A stretch of DNA of 64,000 nt, taken from the IMG/VR virus record IMGVR_UViG_3300020472_001862, positions 64,001 to 128,000 of that record; one strand, written 5' to 3'. This document shows positions 45,425 to 55,701 of this stretch, in pieces; the first letter of the stretch is position 1; each line of letters opens with the position of its first letter. The position numbers and the translations under genes were made by a program. The notes under the pieces are model-generated. The model was not told the DNA's origin. It made no database searches and saw nothing but the letters and a program-made list of their open reading frames with translations. This DNA comes from a virus.

Positions 45425-47929
45425 CCAAACCAAATAGAAGTAAAATCAGTATTAGCGAAATTACTAGCGACAGAGGATATTGACATTGTTCATGATGCCA
45501 AAGCTCCAACTGCAGCATTTGATGTAAAGAACCGTAAACTGTATTTACCTGTTTGGAAAAACATGTCTAACTCCATGTACGATTTATTCATCGGACATGA
45601 AGTAGGACATGCACATGAAACTCCTGAAGAAGGATGGCATGATGCAGTTATTGATAACCCTTCACTAAAAGCATTCTACAATATTATAGAAGACGCTAGG
45701 ATTGAAAGAAAAGTAAAAGAAAGATATCCTGGTCTTGTTAAGTCCTTCCACAGAGGTTACCAAGAATTATTCGATAAAGACTTTTTTGGTGTTAAGGATA
45801 GAGACTTAACCACACTTCCTTTTGTTGATAGAGTAAACTTACATTTTAAAATTGGCCACTTACTTGGTCTTAAATTTACAGAAACAGAACAGACTTTCCT
45901 AGACAGAGTTTCCAAAACAGAAACATGGGCAGATGTAAAAGAACTAGCACATGAGTTAGCAGACATTTCCAAGAAAGAAGCTGAGGAAAGACAAGACGAA
46001 TTAGAACCACTCCAACAGATGTTAGATGACTTGATGTCAGATATGGATCAAGCAGAATCCGAGACACCTGATTGGAATAACTACATGCCAGATCATATGA
46101 AAGAAGATGAGGAGTCAGAAGATGACGGAGAAGGTGAAGGTGAAGGTGAAGCTCAAGAAGATGACACCAAAGACGAATACGGAAATCCAAAACCAGGAAC
46201 ACCCGGTGGTTCTCAAGGTGAGGATGAAAGCGATGAAGACTTCAACGAGCGTAGACAAAAAGAGTGGGACGCAGAACAGAAACAATGGGAAGAAGATCGT
46301 AAGAGAAGAAATGCAGAATACGAAGCAGAAACAAAAGCTCGTGAACTATACGAAGAAGATGTAGCTAAGAACGAAGAACAGAAAAAAGAGCTACAAGATG
46401 CCATCGAAGAAGTTGAAAAGATGCATGGCTTCCTAAACGGCGAAGGCCAAAAGTCAATTACAGATGACGCTTTCAGAGATAACGAAAAGTCACTTGTTGA
46501 TACAGACGCTCAAGAAATTGTTTACTTGAAACCTCAGAAGTTGCACAAGGCTAAAGAGTGGATTGTTCCAATGAACGAACTATATAATTGGGACGAGTGC
46601 ATAGAGCTACAAGACGGCGGTGAATTTGATTATGATAATCCAATGCCAGTAGACAGAGTTAAGGCTGAAGGTAAAAGATTGTTCAAAGAGTTCTTGTCCA
46701 ACACTCAACCAATAATCAACTCAATGGCACAGACTTTCGAGATGAAGAAGGCAGCACAGGCTAACAAGAAAGCACAAATTGCCAAGACAGGTAAGTTGAA
46801 TGAGGACAGACTTTGGGCTTACCAATTGACTGAAGACTTATTCCAAAAGAACATGATTGTTCCTAACGGTAAGAACCATGGTATCATAATGTATGTTGAT
46901 TTATCAGGTAGTATGAACAGACAGATGCCTGGTACACTAGAACAGATGATGAATATGGCATTGTTCTGCAGAAAGGTTAACATTCCATTTGATGTATATG
47001 GTTTCTCAAATTGCAGATATGGTGAGAGACACCCTACTCCTTGGAGTGAGAACAAAGACATGAACAGAAGTATTATAGAGGGTCGTGAAGACGGCGAAAT
47101 GATAATTACAGATTCTAACTTTGCTCTTGTCCACATGCTAAGCTCTACTTGTAAGAAGTCAGACTTTGATAACGCAATGGCATACTTATTACTAATGAAG
47201 TTAGGATACTCAAATAGAAGTTATTACTATGCAGAACCAGGCCAATTATATGGTTACATACAGAACGATTACTTTAGACTAGGTGGTACTCCACTTAACT
47301 CAGCTCTTGTTCTAGCTCCACAGATTGCCAAAGAGTTCCAGAAGACTTACAATGTAGAAAAGTTGACTACGGTATTCTTAACAGACGGTGGTGCTACAGA
47401 CTCTATTACATACAGAGACTCAACCAGAGAACACAGAGCAGTGGCTAGTGTATATGGTGAGCCAATAGCTATTAAGCAACAAGGCAGCACCACACAGCTC
47501 CCTAACAAGGGTGGATACAGCCGTAGAGATGGTGTTACTACATTGACCCTTGTAGAGTTCTACAAGAAGATCACAGGTAGTACTCTTATTAACTTCCACA
47601 TTGTAGACGGTAAGAGAGAAAACTTCTACAGCGAGTATGTATCCACAGACTGGATGGAAGGCATAACTCCACATAACTATGTAACCAATGAGTTCATAGA
47701 TGGTACATGGAAAGAAGTACTTAAGGACAAATTTACAGTCGTAGAACCAGCATTTGGATACGACGCTAGGTTCCTACTAAAAGGACAAAAAGATCTTGAA
47801 GTAGGCGTACAAGAATTGGAAGTAAAATCCAACAAAAAAGGTGATTTATTGAGAGGATTCAAGAAGTTTTCTAAAGGAAAAAGCACTTCTAGAACTTTCC
47901 TTAATCAAATCATAGAGTTAGTAGCATAA
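45422..47929 (+). CDS. metallopeptidase-motif plus VWA protein (CobT-like partner of MoxR AAA)
   Basis: HEVGH, NIIEDARIE, acidic linker, MIDAS DLSGSM, GGTPL, LTDG. Confidence 0.85.
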   Translation: MPNQIEVKSVLAKLLATEDIDIVHDAKAPTAAFDVKNRKLYLPVWKNMSNSMYDLFIGHEVGHAHETPEEGWHDAVIDNPSLKAFYNIIEDARIERKVKERYPGLVKSFHRGYQELFDKDFFGVKDRDLTTLPFVDRVNLHFKIGHLLGLKFTETEQTFLDRVSKTETWADVKELAHELADISKKEAEERQDELEPLQQMLDDLMSDMDQAESETPDWNNYMPDHMKEDEESEDDGEGEGEGEAQEDDTKDEYGNPKPGTPGGSQGEDESDEDFNERRQKEWDAEQKQWEEDRKRRNAEYEAETKARELYEEDVAKNEEQKKELQDAIEEVEKMHGFLNGEGQKSITDDAFRDNEKSLVDTDAQEIVYLKPQKLHKAKEWIVPMNELYNWDECIELQDGGEFDYDNPMPVDRVKAEGKRLFKEFLSNTQPIINSMAQTFEMKKAAQANKKAQIAKTGKLNEDRLWAYQLTEDLFQKNMIVPNGKNHGIIMYVDLSGSMNRQMPGTLEQMMNMALFCRKVNIPFDVYGFSNCRYGERHPTPWSENKDMNRSIIEGREDGEMIITDSNFALVHMLSSTCKKSDFDNAMAYLLLMKLGYSNRSYYYAEPGQLYGYIQNDYFRLGGTPLNSALVLAPQIAKEFQKTYNVEKLTTVFLTDGGATDSITYRDSTREHRAVASVYGEPIAIKQQGSTTQLPNKGGYSRRDGVTTLTLVEFYKKITGSTLINFHIVDGKRENFYSEYVSTDWMEGITPHNYVTNEFIDGTWKEVLKDKFTVVEPAFGYDARFLLKGQKDLEVGVQELEVKSNKKGDLLRGFKKFSKGKSTSRTFLNQIIELVA

Positions 47930-47945
47930 AAATGTTGAAATCTTT

Positions 47946-48025
47946 TGAAAAAATGCTTGACTCTTGGTTCACCAGAGTGCATAATAACGGTATATTAAAT
48001 AATAAAAGTGAGGACTTATAATATG
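47946..48025 (+). repeat. duplicated promoter-leader copy 2 (TTGACT 47957, CATAAT 47980)
   Basis: See copy 1; 2600 bp downstream. Confidence 0.9.
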
Positions 48026-49207
48026 AAAGCAATAGATAGAGAAAACTTAATCCAGGCGTTACAGTCACAGGACAACGGCACTGGAGTTTTTACCCGTAAA
48101 CAAATCATTGAAACTGCCACATCAATTGGCTTAGGTTTCCCAGCGTGGTTGGTTAACGGAAAACCAGAAGTCAAAGTAGACAGAGGTGTCTATAACCTGA
48201 CTTCAATGTTTGGTGGCCAGGTGGCTAGCGCACAACCAATTGAACCAGCAACACAGCAGGTTCCATTGGCGGTTGTTGAAACACAACCTAGAGAGTTGGT
48301 ACAGGCACAACTAAGAGTTGATGTCGAGAATCTAGTTCCTGAGAAGGACGCTACATTCGTTCCATTTGGCTTTTACAAAGACTTGAAAAAAGTTTTAAGC
48401 TCAAGTATGTTTTACCCAATATTCATTTCAGGCTTATCAGGTAATGGTAAGACTACAATGGTAGAACAGGTTTGTGCTAATCTTAAGCGTGAGGCTATAA
48501 GAGTAAATATTAGTATTGAAACTGATGAGGATGATTTAATCGGTGGCAATACACTAGTTGACGGTAATGTCGTCTATAGAGAAGGGCCCGTCCTCACCGC
48601 GATGAAGCGGGGCGCTGTTCTCATACTTGATGAAGTGGATAGGGGTTCGAACAAGCTGATGTGCTTACAAGCCATCCTTGAGGGGAAGCCTTACTTCAAC
48701 AAGAAGACTGGCGAAACCGTAACTCCTGCTCCTGGATTTAACTTAGTAGCAACAGCTAACACTAAGGGTCGAGGTTCAGATGATGGCAAATTTATTTCAG
48801 CCAACATACTCGACGAGGCATTCCTAGAAAGGTTTGCAATCACAGTTGAGCAGGAGTACCCTACAATGGCTACCGAGAAAAAGATTGTTGTTAAGAAGAT
48901 GGAAAAGGTCAACAATGTTGACGAAGACTTCGCGACACACCTTGTTACTTGGAGTGATGTAATTCGTAAAACATATTACGAAGGTGCCATCGACGAACTT
49001 ATTTCAACTCGTAGGTTGGAACACATTGTTAACGCATTTGCCGTGTTTGGTGACAAGCAAAAGGCAGTTCAACTTTGTGTTAATAGGTTCGACGAAGACA
49101 CAAAAGAGGCATTCATAGACTTGTATGCCAAAGTTGATCCTAGTGTAGAACTAGCAGAGTCAACTGAAGAAACTGAACAGGAGATACACGAAGATGGCGA
49201 AGAGTAA
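48023..49207 (+). CDS. MoxR/CobS-like AAA+ ATPase
   Basis: GLSGNGKT, LILDEVD, TANTKG, AFLERF, STRRL. Confidence 0.92.
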   Translation: MKAIDRENLIQALQSQDNGTGVFTRKQIIETATSIGLGFPAWLVNGKPEVKVDRGVYNLTSMFGGQVASAQPIEPATQQVPLAVVETQPRELVQAQLRVDVENLVPEKDATFVPFGFYKDLKKVLSSSMFYPIFISGLSGNGKTTMVEQVCANLKREAIRVNISIETDEDDLIGGNTLVDGNVVYREGPVLTAMKRGAVLILDEVDRGSNKLMCLQAILEGKPYFNKKTGETVTPAPGFNLVATANTKGRGSDDGKFISANILDEAFLERFAITVEQEYPTMATEKKIVVKKMEKVNNVDEDFATHLVTWSDVIRKTYYEGAIDELISTRRLEHIVNAFAVFGDKQKAVQLCVNRFDEDTKEAFIDLYAKVDPSVELAESTEETEQEIHEDGEE

Positions 49208-49502
49208 GACGCCAGAGTATAAGTTCAACGAAGGAGCTCTCATTAGGGAGCTCCAATCGTATATCGACGCTACATACTCAGGGCATTATAGCAGAAACAA
49301 ATTCCAATCAACGGAATTTATCAGTGATTGTGGACACGGAATAGGATTTGCAATAGGCAATATTCTTAAGTATGCACAACGGTATGGCAAAAAAGGAACC
49401 TCAGAGGACCATAGAAAGGACCTACAAAAGGTTTTACATTATGCCATTATTGCACTTAACGAACACGACAAGAGTACAACAAAGCATTATCTAGACGACT
49501 AA
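49194..49502 (+). CDS. DUF3310-like conserved phage protein
   Basis: YKFNE, TYSGHY, GNILKYAQRYGKK, DLQKVLHY. Confidence 0.75.
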   Translation: MAKSKTPEYKFNEGALIRELQSYIDATYSGHYSRNKFQSTEFISDCGHGIGFAIGNILKYAQRYGKKGTSEDHRKDLQKVLHYAIIALNEHDKSTTKHYLDD

Positions 49503-49513
49503 TAAATACTGAT

Positions 49514-51073
49514 ATGAACAAGGGTATTATATTAGGTTGTCTACAACAGAACCCAGGTTGGCAAGGCGCATTAGGAGCGCTAAACCCAAACTGGGTTAAC
49601 CTCAAAAGATCAGGTGGCGCACATAAGATAGCCACTTTCATGCGTAAAGAAGGTTGGGACATTGAAGTCCTCGATTACTGGTTGGCATTTGAAGAGCATG
49701 AGTTCAAACAATTTGCCCGTTCAAGGATAACACAAGATACAAAATTCATAGGTGTTAGTGTTACCTTTGGATACAAATTAGACCTATTACAAAGAGCACA
49801 AGATCATCTTAAATGGTTAAAGGAAGAGTATCCTGATGTAACTATAATTGCTGGATCTAAAATGCTAGTTGACATCATGGTCCTACCTTGTGATTATTAT
49901 GTATGTGGTTATGGAGAGTATGGATTAATTAAATTATTAAAGGGTGAAGCAACGATAACAAAGTTTCAAGGATTGAATTGTGTTATGGCAGATAGACATC
50001 ACCCTTGTTTCCCTAGTAAAGATTTGCGTGTTGAGTATGAGGATAGAGACTTTATTCAACCCACAGATACTCTAACACTAGAACTCTCCCGTGGTTGTAA
50101 ATTTAAATGTAAGTTCTGTTCATACAATGCAATAGGTATGAAGGGAGACTTAACTAGGGATATGGATACTTTATATGATGAGATGTTATCTAACTATGAA
50201 AGGTTTGGTGTAACTAGCTATCATGTGGCAGACGAAACAACAAACGACAATCAAGAGAAAATAAGATTTGCTGGTAGTGAAATACAAAAACTTCCTTTCA
50301 AACCAAACCTAACAGGATTTATTAGAGCAGATATATTATCCACAAGAGAGGACGATAAAAAGTACCTAGCAGAGATGGGATTCTGGGCTCAGTATTATGG
50401 TGTGGAAACTTTTAACCAAACTGCAGGTAGAACTGTAGGTAAAGGTATTGATCCTGATAAACTTAAAAGGGGATTGCTGGATACTAAAGACTATATGAAC
50501 AAACATTGTGGCAGGTATAGGGCAACTACAAGTCTAATATTAGGACTGCCTTACGAGACGTCTGAGAGCCTCTATGATGGTTTAAATTGGTATAGAGAGC
50601 ATATGCCTAATGAGAATTTAGTGATGCAACCCTTATACATAAACAGACAAATAAACGAATTAATGTTTGCATCCTCAGAGTTTGGTAGAACATGGAGGCA
50701 GTCTGGACACTTTCATCCTGAGGAAATAAAAGAAGAGATTACTGCTGAGGATTACGCAGAGTTTTCAGAACACCCTATGTTACAAGGATATATTAAGAAT
50801 TTACATAGTGAACAACATAACTTACATTGGAGCCACGATAGTTACACATGGAAGTCAGCAATACTAGAGTTAGCTAGAACTATGCAACAGGGTTTGTATG
50901 ACCCTAGAATTAATAGGATAATGACATGGGATTTATTTAACTTTATAACTCCAGGAACATATGATTATGATAGTGTATTAGAACTATCTATCATGGGTTA
51001 TGATGTTAAAAAACTCACAGAGGATACCAATACATACATTAAAAACTATAAAGAGGCAAAATTAAATGCCTAA
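49514..51073 (+). CDS. cobalamin-binding-type (class B-like) radical SAM enzyme
   Basis: N-terminal GAHKIAT..EVLD..IGVS..IAG..GYGE domain; SRGCKFKCKFC; ADET, GVET, LGLPYET. Confidence 0.85.
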   Translation: MNKGIILGCLQQNPGWQGALGALNPNWVNLKRSGGAHKIATFMRKEGWDIEVLDYWLAFEEHEFKQFARSRITQDTKFIGVSVTFGYKLDLLQRAQDHLKWLKEEYPDVTIIAGSKMLVDIMVLPCDYYVCGYGEYGLIKLLKGEATITKFQGLNCVMADRHHPCFPSKDLRVEYEDRDFIQPTDTLTLELSRGCKFKCKFCSYNAIGMKGDLTRDMDTLYDEMLSNYERFGVTSYHVADETTNDNQEKIRFAGSEIQKLPFKPNLTGFIRADILSTREDDKKYLAEMGFWAQYYGVETFNQTAGRTVGKGIDPDKLKRGLLDTKDYMNKHCGRYRATTSLILGLPYETSESLYDGLNWYREHMPNENLVMQPLYINRQINELMFASSEFGRTWRQSGHFHPEEIKEEITAEDYAEFSEHPMLQGYIKNLHSEQHNLHWSHDSYTWKSAILELARTMQQGLYDPRINRIMTWDLFNFITPGTYDYDSVLELSIMGYDVKKLTEDTNTYIKNYKEAKLNA

Positions 51074-51077
51074 TTAT

Positions 51078-51085
51078 TATAAATA
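51078..51085 (+). promoter_or_regulatory. late promoter TATAAATA
   Basis: Exact consensus upstream of 51119. Confidence 0.8.
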
Positions 51086-51118
51086 GTAGACAGAGATTAC
51101 AACAATTGGAGTAAATAA

Positions 51119-51445
51119 ATGGCATATACAGTAACATGGGTCTTAACAAGGCCAAACGCAGAGACAGCTCTTCCTGTTATTAGTGATTATTCAGCCACTA
51201 ATAAGGATGCAAGCGACGCAATTTATGCTAGTTCAGGAGTTACAAAGTCCTATTCCATAGATGGATTGGCAACCACAGTTACTTATGAAGCAGCAGATAA
51301 AGCAACTTATGACTCAGCCAAAACACAGATAGATGCAATATCAGATGAAGCTTCTGTAAAAGCAAGTTTAAAAACAGCAATGCAATCAGCAGGATGTACC
51401 GTAGTGGTAACAGATTCAGAAGGAACTGAACTAGCAAACTTCTAA
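51119..51445 (+). CDS. hypothetical protein (108 aa, late)
   Basis: SD GGAG, late promoter; Ala/Ser/Thr-rich. Confidence 0.7.
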   Translation: MAYTVTWVLTRPNAETALPVISDYSATNKDASDAIYASSGVTKSYSIDGLATTVTYEAADKATYDSAKTQIDAISDEASVKASLKTAMQSAGCTVVVTDSEGTELANF

Positions 51446-51461
51446 CAAACAGGTTTATATT

Positions 51462-52220
51462 ATGAATTTTGGTGAGAGAATAACTTACGAAAAAGATAAC
51501 CATGTCGCCGTCTTAACAATAAACGGTGTTGGTCCTCTAAATTTAATTGACAGACCTTTTTATCAAGGTTACAATGATGCCCTAGTAGAATTCCGTGAGG
51601 ATGACTCTAGGGTTTTACTTATCAAGTCAGGCAATCCTAATCACTTCACAGCAGGCTTCGAGGTAGATACTATTATCGATGCCTTAAAGACTGGTTACGG
51701 CAATACAGTTACAGATAATGATATGGTTACACCTAAACCTATAGTATCTGCTATCAAAGGATATTGTGTTGGAGAGGGTGTAGGTATTATGTTGGCAAGT
51801 GATTTTGTATTTGCAGATGCATCAACACAAATATCATGTCCAGAAACAAAACTAGGTTTCAATGCTGTTACTATGCAGGTTAAATTCGCACAAAGAATAG
51901 GCCACAATAGAACAATGGAATTTATGATGGGAGATTTACATGATGTTAAATGGTTAGACAAAGTAGGACTATTGACTAAAGAGTGTGATGGAGATGTAGA
52001 TGAAGTTGCATTAGCATACGCACATAAAATTGCCAATAACAATGCACCCATTGCCGTTAGAGGAACAAAAGGTGCCATATGGCATACAGTAAACTCTCAT
52101 AAGGACGAAGCTATAGACTTTGCTTTATGGGCTAAAGACATGACATTAGATTCAAAGGATATAGAGGAAGGTGTAGCTGCTTTTATGGAAAAAAGGCCAC
52201 CCGAATTTAAAAATGAATAA
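51462..52220 (+). CDS. crotonase superfamily (enoyl-CoA hydratase/isomerase-like)
   Basis: VAVLTIN, FTAG, PKPIVSAIKGYCVG, PETKLG, EGVAAFMEKRPPEF. Confidence 0.9.
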   Translation: MNFGERITYEKDNHVAVLTINGVGPLNLIDRPFYQGYNDALVEFREDDSRVLLIKSGNPNHFTAGFEVDTIIDALKTGYGNTVTDNDMVTPKPIVSAIKGYCVGEGVGIMLASDFVFADASTQISCPETKLGFNAVTMQVKFAQRIGHNRTMEFMMGDLHDVKWLDKVGLLTKECDGDVDEVALAYAHKIANNNAPIAVRGTKGAIWHTVNSHKDEAIDFALWAKDMTLDSKDIEEGVAAFMEKRPPEFKNE

Positions 52221-53163
52221 AGAAGATCAACCTTTAAGACAAACAAGACTAGGAGAACATGGGTGTATATCTTTTGCATCCTCTCCTGACATAAAATATA
52301 AATGGATGTTACATGAATCCAAAGAGTGGTTTGCAAGAGCTAAAAGAGTTCAAGGACCTGATTGGTATTGGAGTGGAGATGTTGAGCCTATAGAATATAA
52401 CTTAGACTCTTTAGGTTTTAGAAACGATACAGACATACATGATATTAGTAAGAATAAAATTTGGTGGTTATTTGATTCATCATGCCCTGGATTAGCTCCA
52501 GGAGTTCGTACAGACGACATGACGTCTAATAAGATAACTGAATACACAGGTATTCCTGTATATAATATGAGCATCTATGGTGATAGACCAGAGTTTGTTG
52601 CTAATAATATATTAGAACTATCTAAAAGGTGGCAGAACCCACCTAGTAAAATATTATTACACATGGCAGAAAATCCCACAGGAACATTTAAACTTACCAA
52701 TACAAACACAGTTAAGAATTTGGATTATGCTGGTTCTATGTTAAAAGGTGGTAAAGATTTTACCTTCTTAAAACCTTTTGAAGAGCAGAAAATATCTGAA
52801 GGGCAACATAGGTTGGCATACAAAATATTAATTGAATTGTGTAAGAGTTTAGATATACCTTTAACTTGGCTCTACACAGGATATGAATCCGATATAACTT
52901 CCGCTAATGATTTTAGAGATCAGGATTTTATAGAGTGGTTCGGTTACGCATCGGCAGGACATTTTGAAAAGGATGATACCTTTGATGTAAGACAAAGTAA
53001 AGTTAAAGATATGATTATAAAACCTTTTATGGAATGCAAGCCACCTTCAGATAAAACATTAGATGAAGTAGGGAGAGACTTATATCACCCTAGTGCAAGC
53101 CAACAAAGGTTGTGGGCCCAGGTAATTACAAATCATTATCTGGAAACAAAAAGAAACTTTTAA
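52213..53163 (+). CDS. hypothetical protein, possibly degenerate SGNH-like
   Basis: YNLDSLGFR, YNMSIYG, RDLYHP. Confidence 0.5.
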   Translation: MNKEDQPLRQTRLGEHGCISFASSPDIKYKWMLHESKEWFARAKRVQGPDWYWSGDVEPIEYNLDSLGFRNDTDIHDISKNKIWWLFDSSCPGLAPGVRTDDMTSNKITEYTGIPVYNMSIYGDRPEFVANNILELSKRWQNPPSKILLHMAENPTGTFKLTNTNTVKNLDYAGSMLKGGKDFTFLKPFEEQKISEGQHRLAYKILIELCKSLDIPLTWLYTGYESDITSANDFRDQDFIEWFGYASAGHFEKDDTFDVRQSKVKDMIIKPFMECKPPSDKTLDEVGRDLYHPSASQQRLWAQVITNHYLETKRNF

Positions 53164-53179
53164 ATGGTCCTATAGACCA

Positions 53180-53208
53180 TTGACTTTTAGTATGTAAGAG
53201 CCTATAAT
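53180..53208 (+). promoter_or_regulatory. sigma70-type promoter TTGACT-N17-TATAAT with CTTTTA-N5-TAAGAG box (gp45)
   Basis: Read directly; preceded by small hairpin ATGGTC-ctata-GACCAT (53164-53180). Confidence 0.8.
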
Positions 53209-53239
53209 ACGGTTATAGGTTTAAAAATTGGAGTATATT

Positions 53240-53902
53240 ATGAAACTTAGCAAAGACACTCTTGATGTTCTCAAGAACTTCGCAACTATTAACACGAACA
53301 TTCTTGTTCGTGAGGGAAACTCGCTCTCCACTATTAGCACAGGTAAAAACATTTTTGCCAAGGCTGATATTACAGATCCGTTTCCTAAAGAATTCGCAGT
53401 CTATGATTTAAATAGTCTGCTTTCCCTACTTACTGTTATGGAAGATACAGATGTTGGCTTTGGAGACGAAAGTCTTACAGTAACAAAAGGCAATTCTGTT
53501 TTTGAATACTTTTATGCAGACCCTAACATTATTGTTAGTGCCCCTGATAAGAATATTGAAGTAGACAACTTCTTCCAGTTCGACTTATCCAAAGATGATA
53601 TTGACATGATAATGAAGGCAGCAGCTATTACAGCAGCTCCTATGTTAAGCGTCATTGGTGATGGTACTGAAGTGGTAATTACAGTAGGCGATCCTGCTAC
53701 TCCTAAGTCTAATTCTTTTAGACAGGCATTAGGACAAACAGACAAAGTATTTGATGCTAGACTAGCTGTTGAAAACTTTAAGGTTGTACCTTCAGGTTAT
53801 ACAGTTATTTTATCTGAGAAAAAGTTTATGTTCTTAGAGAGTAGTAAAGGCAATTTAAAATATTGGTTAGCGCTTGAGCGTTCATCATCTATTGGAGAAT
53901 AA
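53240..53902 (+). CDS. g45: sliding clamp gp45
   Basis: MKLSKDTLDVLKNFATIN, FAVYDL, YWLALE. Confidence 0.94.
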   Translation: MKLSKDTLDVLKNFATINTNILVREGNSLSTISTGKNIFAKADITDPFPKEFAVYDLNSLLSLLTVMEDTDVGFGDESLTVTKGNSVFEYFYADPNIIVSAPDKNIEVDNFFQFDLSKDDIDMIMKAAAITAAPMLSVIGDGTEVVITVGDPATPKSNSFRQALGQTDKVFDARLAVENFKVVPSGYTVILSEKKFMFLESSKGNLKYWLALERSSSIGE

Positions 53903-53903
53903 A

Positions 53904-54086
53904 ATGGGAGAAGATCAATTAGAGGTAACTATCCGTGAAGCACAGAATGGCTGGGTAGTTGAATTAAACCGTGAAGGTGAGACAATGGAGTACATTTTCA
54001 CAAGACCTAATCCAGCTATCAACTTGGTTAGGAAAGTAATGAAGGGTGAAGTAGATCCTTTCAATGAAGGAGAAAATGATGAGTAG
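53904..54086 (+). CDS. hypothetical protein (60 aa)
   Basis: SD GGAG; IREAQNGWVV. Confidence 0.65.
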   Translation: MGEDQLEVTIREAQNGWVVELNREGETMEYIFTRPNPAINLVRKVMKGEVDPFNEGENDE

Positions 54087-54687
54087 TTTGACACCAGTAG
54101 TTCCTGATTTTGTAGTTAAGAAACAAGTTACTACAACTTCTGGAGATAAAATTTGGGTAGAGATGACAAAGCAACAATTATTTGACGGCAAGCGTGTCGT
54201 TGTTTTTGGTTTGCCTGGAGCATTTACACCTACATGTTCAAGCCAGCAATTGCCTGGTTATGAACAAGCATATTCTGAATTTAGAGATGCAGGTATTGAT
54301 GACATTTATTGCGTTACAGTAAATGATTCTTTTATTTGTAATGAGTGGCATGTAGATCAAGGATTAGTTAATGTAAAACTTATTCCTGATGGTAGTGCAG
54401 AGTTTACAATTAAAATGGGTATGGATGTTCGTAAGGACAACCTAGGATTTGGTATTCGATCTTGGAGATACGCAGCTATCATAGACGATGGACATGTTAT
54501 TCAAGAATTTGTAGAGCCAGGCTTCGCAGATAATTTTGAAGGCGACCCTTATGATATAAGTGCACCTGATAATGTTTTAGATAATGTTAAAGCGTATGGA
54601 TGGCCTAGTAAGTATGAAGCAGACGAAGGTAAGCATATAGACCTTAGTTTTTCAGAAACGACAGATGTTAAGGAGACTTTTTCCTAG
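54076..54687 (+). CDS. peroxiredoxin (Prx5/PRX-Grx type)
   Basis: LPGAFTPTCS, VNDSF, RSWRYA. Confidence 0.93.
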   Translation: MMSSLTPVVPDFVVKKQVTTTSGDKIWVEMTKQQLFDGKRVVVFGLPGAFTPTCSSQQLPGYEQAYSEFRDAGIDDIYCVTVNDSFICNEWHVDQGLVNVKLIPDGSAEFTIKMGMDVRKDNLGFGIRSWRYAAIIDDGHVIQEFVEPGFADNFEGDPYDISAPDNVLDNVKAYGWPSKYEADEGKHIDLSFSETTDVKETFS

Positions 54688-54702
54688 ACCTTTTTACCCT
54701 CG

Positions 54703-54736
54703 GAAAAAATGGCCGACATTTTGGAGCAAAAAAGTT
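54703..54736 (+). repeat. dispersed leader motif copy 2 (TGGCCG..ATTTTGGAGCAAAAAAGTT)
   Basis: Near-identical to 27873..27910. Confidence 0.75.
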
Positions 54737-54756
54737 TCTGACAATTTGGAGATAAT

Positions 54757-55701
54757 ATGACAACAACACCTGAACAGTTTTTATGGGTAGAGCGATACAG
54801 ACCCAGGTTAATACAAGATTGTGTATTGCCTGAAAGTGTAAAGAAGCAGTTTGCACAGTTTATTAAGAAAGGCGAGGTTCCTAACTTATTATTGTCAGGT
54901 ACTGCAGGTACAGGAAAAACAACTATTGCTCGTGCTTTATGTAATGAGCTAAATTGTGATTATATCATTATTAATGGTAGTGATGAAGGTAGGCAGATTG
55001 ATACCCTAAGAACTAAAATTAGGCAATTTGCCTCAGCTGTCTCATTCGAGGGTAAAACTAAGGTTGTTATTCTTGATGAGGCAGACTATATGAACCGAGA
55101 TAGTGTCCAGCCAGCCCTTAGAGGGTTCATAGAACAATTTGCTGAGAACTGTAGGTTTATATTTACATGTAACTATGCTAATAAGCTAATAGACCCGTTA
55201 CATAGCAGGACTACTGTTATAGACTTTAAATTAGCACCCTCAGATCGCCCTGTATTAGCCGCTAAGTTCATGGATAGAATGAAGTATATCCTTAGTACAG
55301 AAGGCGTGGAATATCAAGAGAAGGTGCTTGCTGAGCTCCTAATGAAGTACTTTCCTGACTATAGAAGGGTGCTAAATGAGCTACAGCGGTACTCAGCGGG
55401 GGGTGTTATAGATGAGGGTATACTAAGTAACTTCCAGGAAGTTAATGCTAAGGCGCTTGTAGAGAGTCTTAAGGGTAAAGACTGGCGTAAGATGAGACAA
55501 TGGGTGGCAAACAATGTAGACACAGACCCTCAGGCTATATTCCGTCAGATATACGATATACTACTTCCAGAGATTAAGAGCCCTGCTCGGTTAGTACTTG
55601 ATATTGCAGATTATCAGTACAAAGCAGCTTTCGTAGCAGATCAGGAGATTAACTTAACTGCTTGTTTAACACAAATTATGGTAGATTCGGAGTTCAAGTA
55701 A
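54757..55701 (+). CDS. g44: clamp loader large subunit gp44
   Basis: WVERYRP, GTAGTGKT, INGSDE, LDEAD, PLHSR. Confidence 0.96.
   Translation: MTTTPEQFLWVERYRPRLIQDCVLPESVKKQFAQFIKKGEVPNLLLSGTAGTGKTTIARALCNELNCDYIIINGSDEGRQIDTLRTKIRQFASAVSFEGKTKVVILDEADYMNRDSVQPALRGFIEQFAENCRFIFTCNYANKLIDPLHSRTTVIDFKLAPSDRPVLAAKFMDRMKYILSTEGVEYQEKVLAELLMKYFPDYRRVLNELQRYSAGGVIDEGILSNFQEVNAKALVESLKGKDWRKMRQWVANNVDTDPQAIFRQIYDILLPEIKSPARLVLDIADYQYKAAFVADQEINLTACLTQIMVDSEFK

Noticed and set aside
45422-49207. Cobalamin synthesis (cobaltochelatase CobST) as an auxiliary metabolic pathway
   Set aside because: No CobN or other cob genes; MoxR AAA plus VWA pairs are widespread in T4-like phages and better read as a chaperone system.
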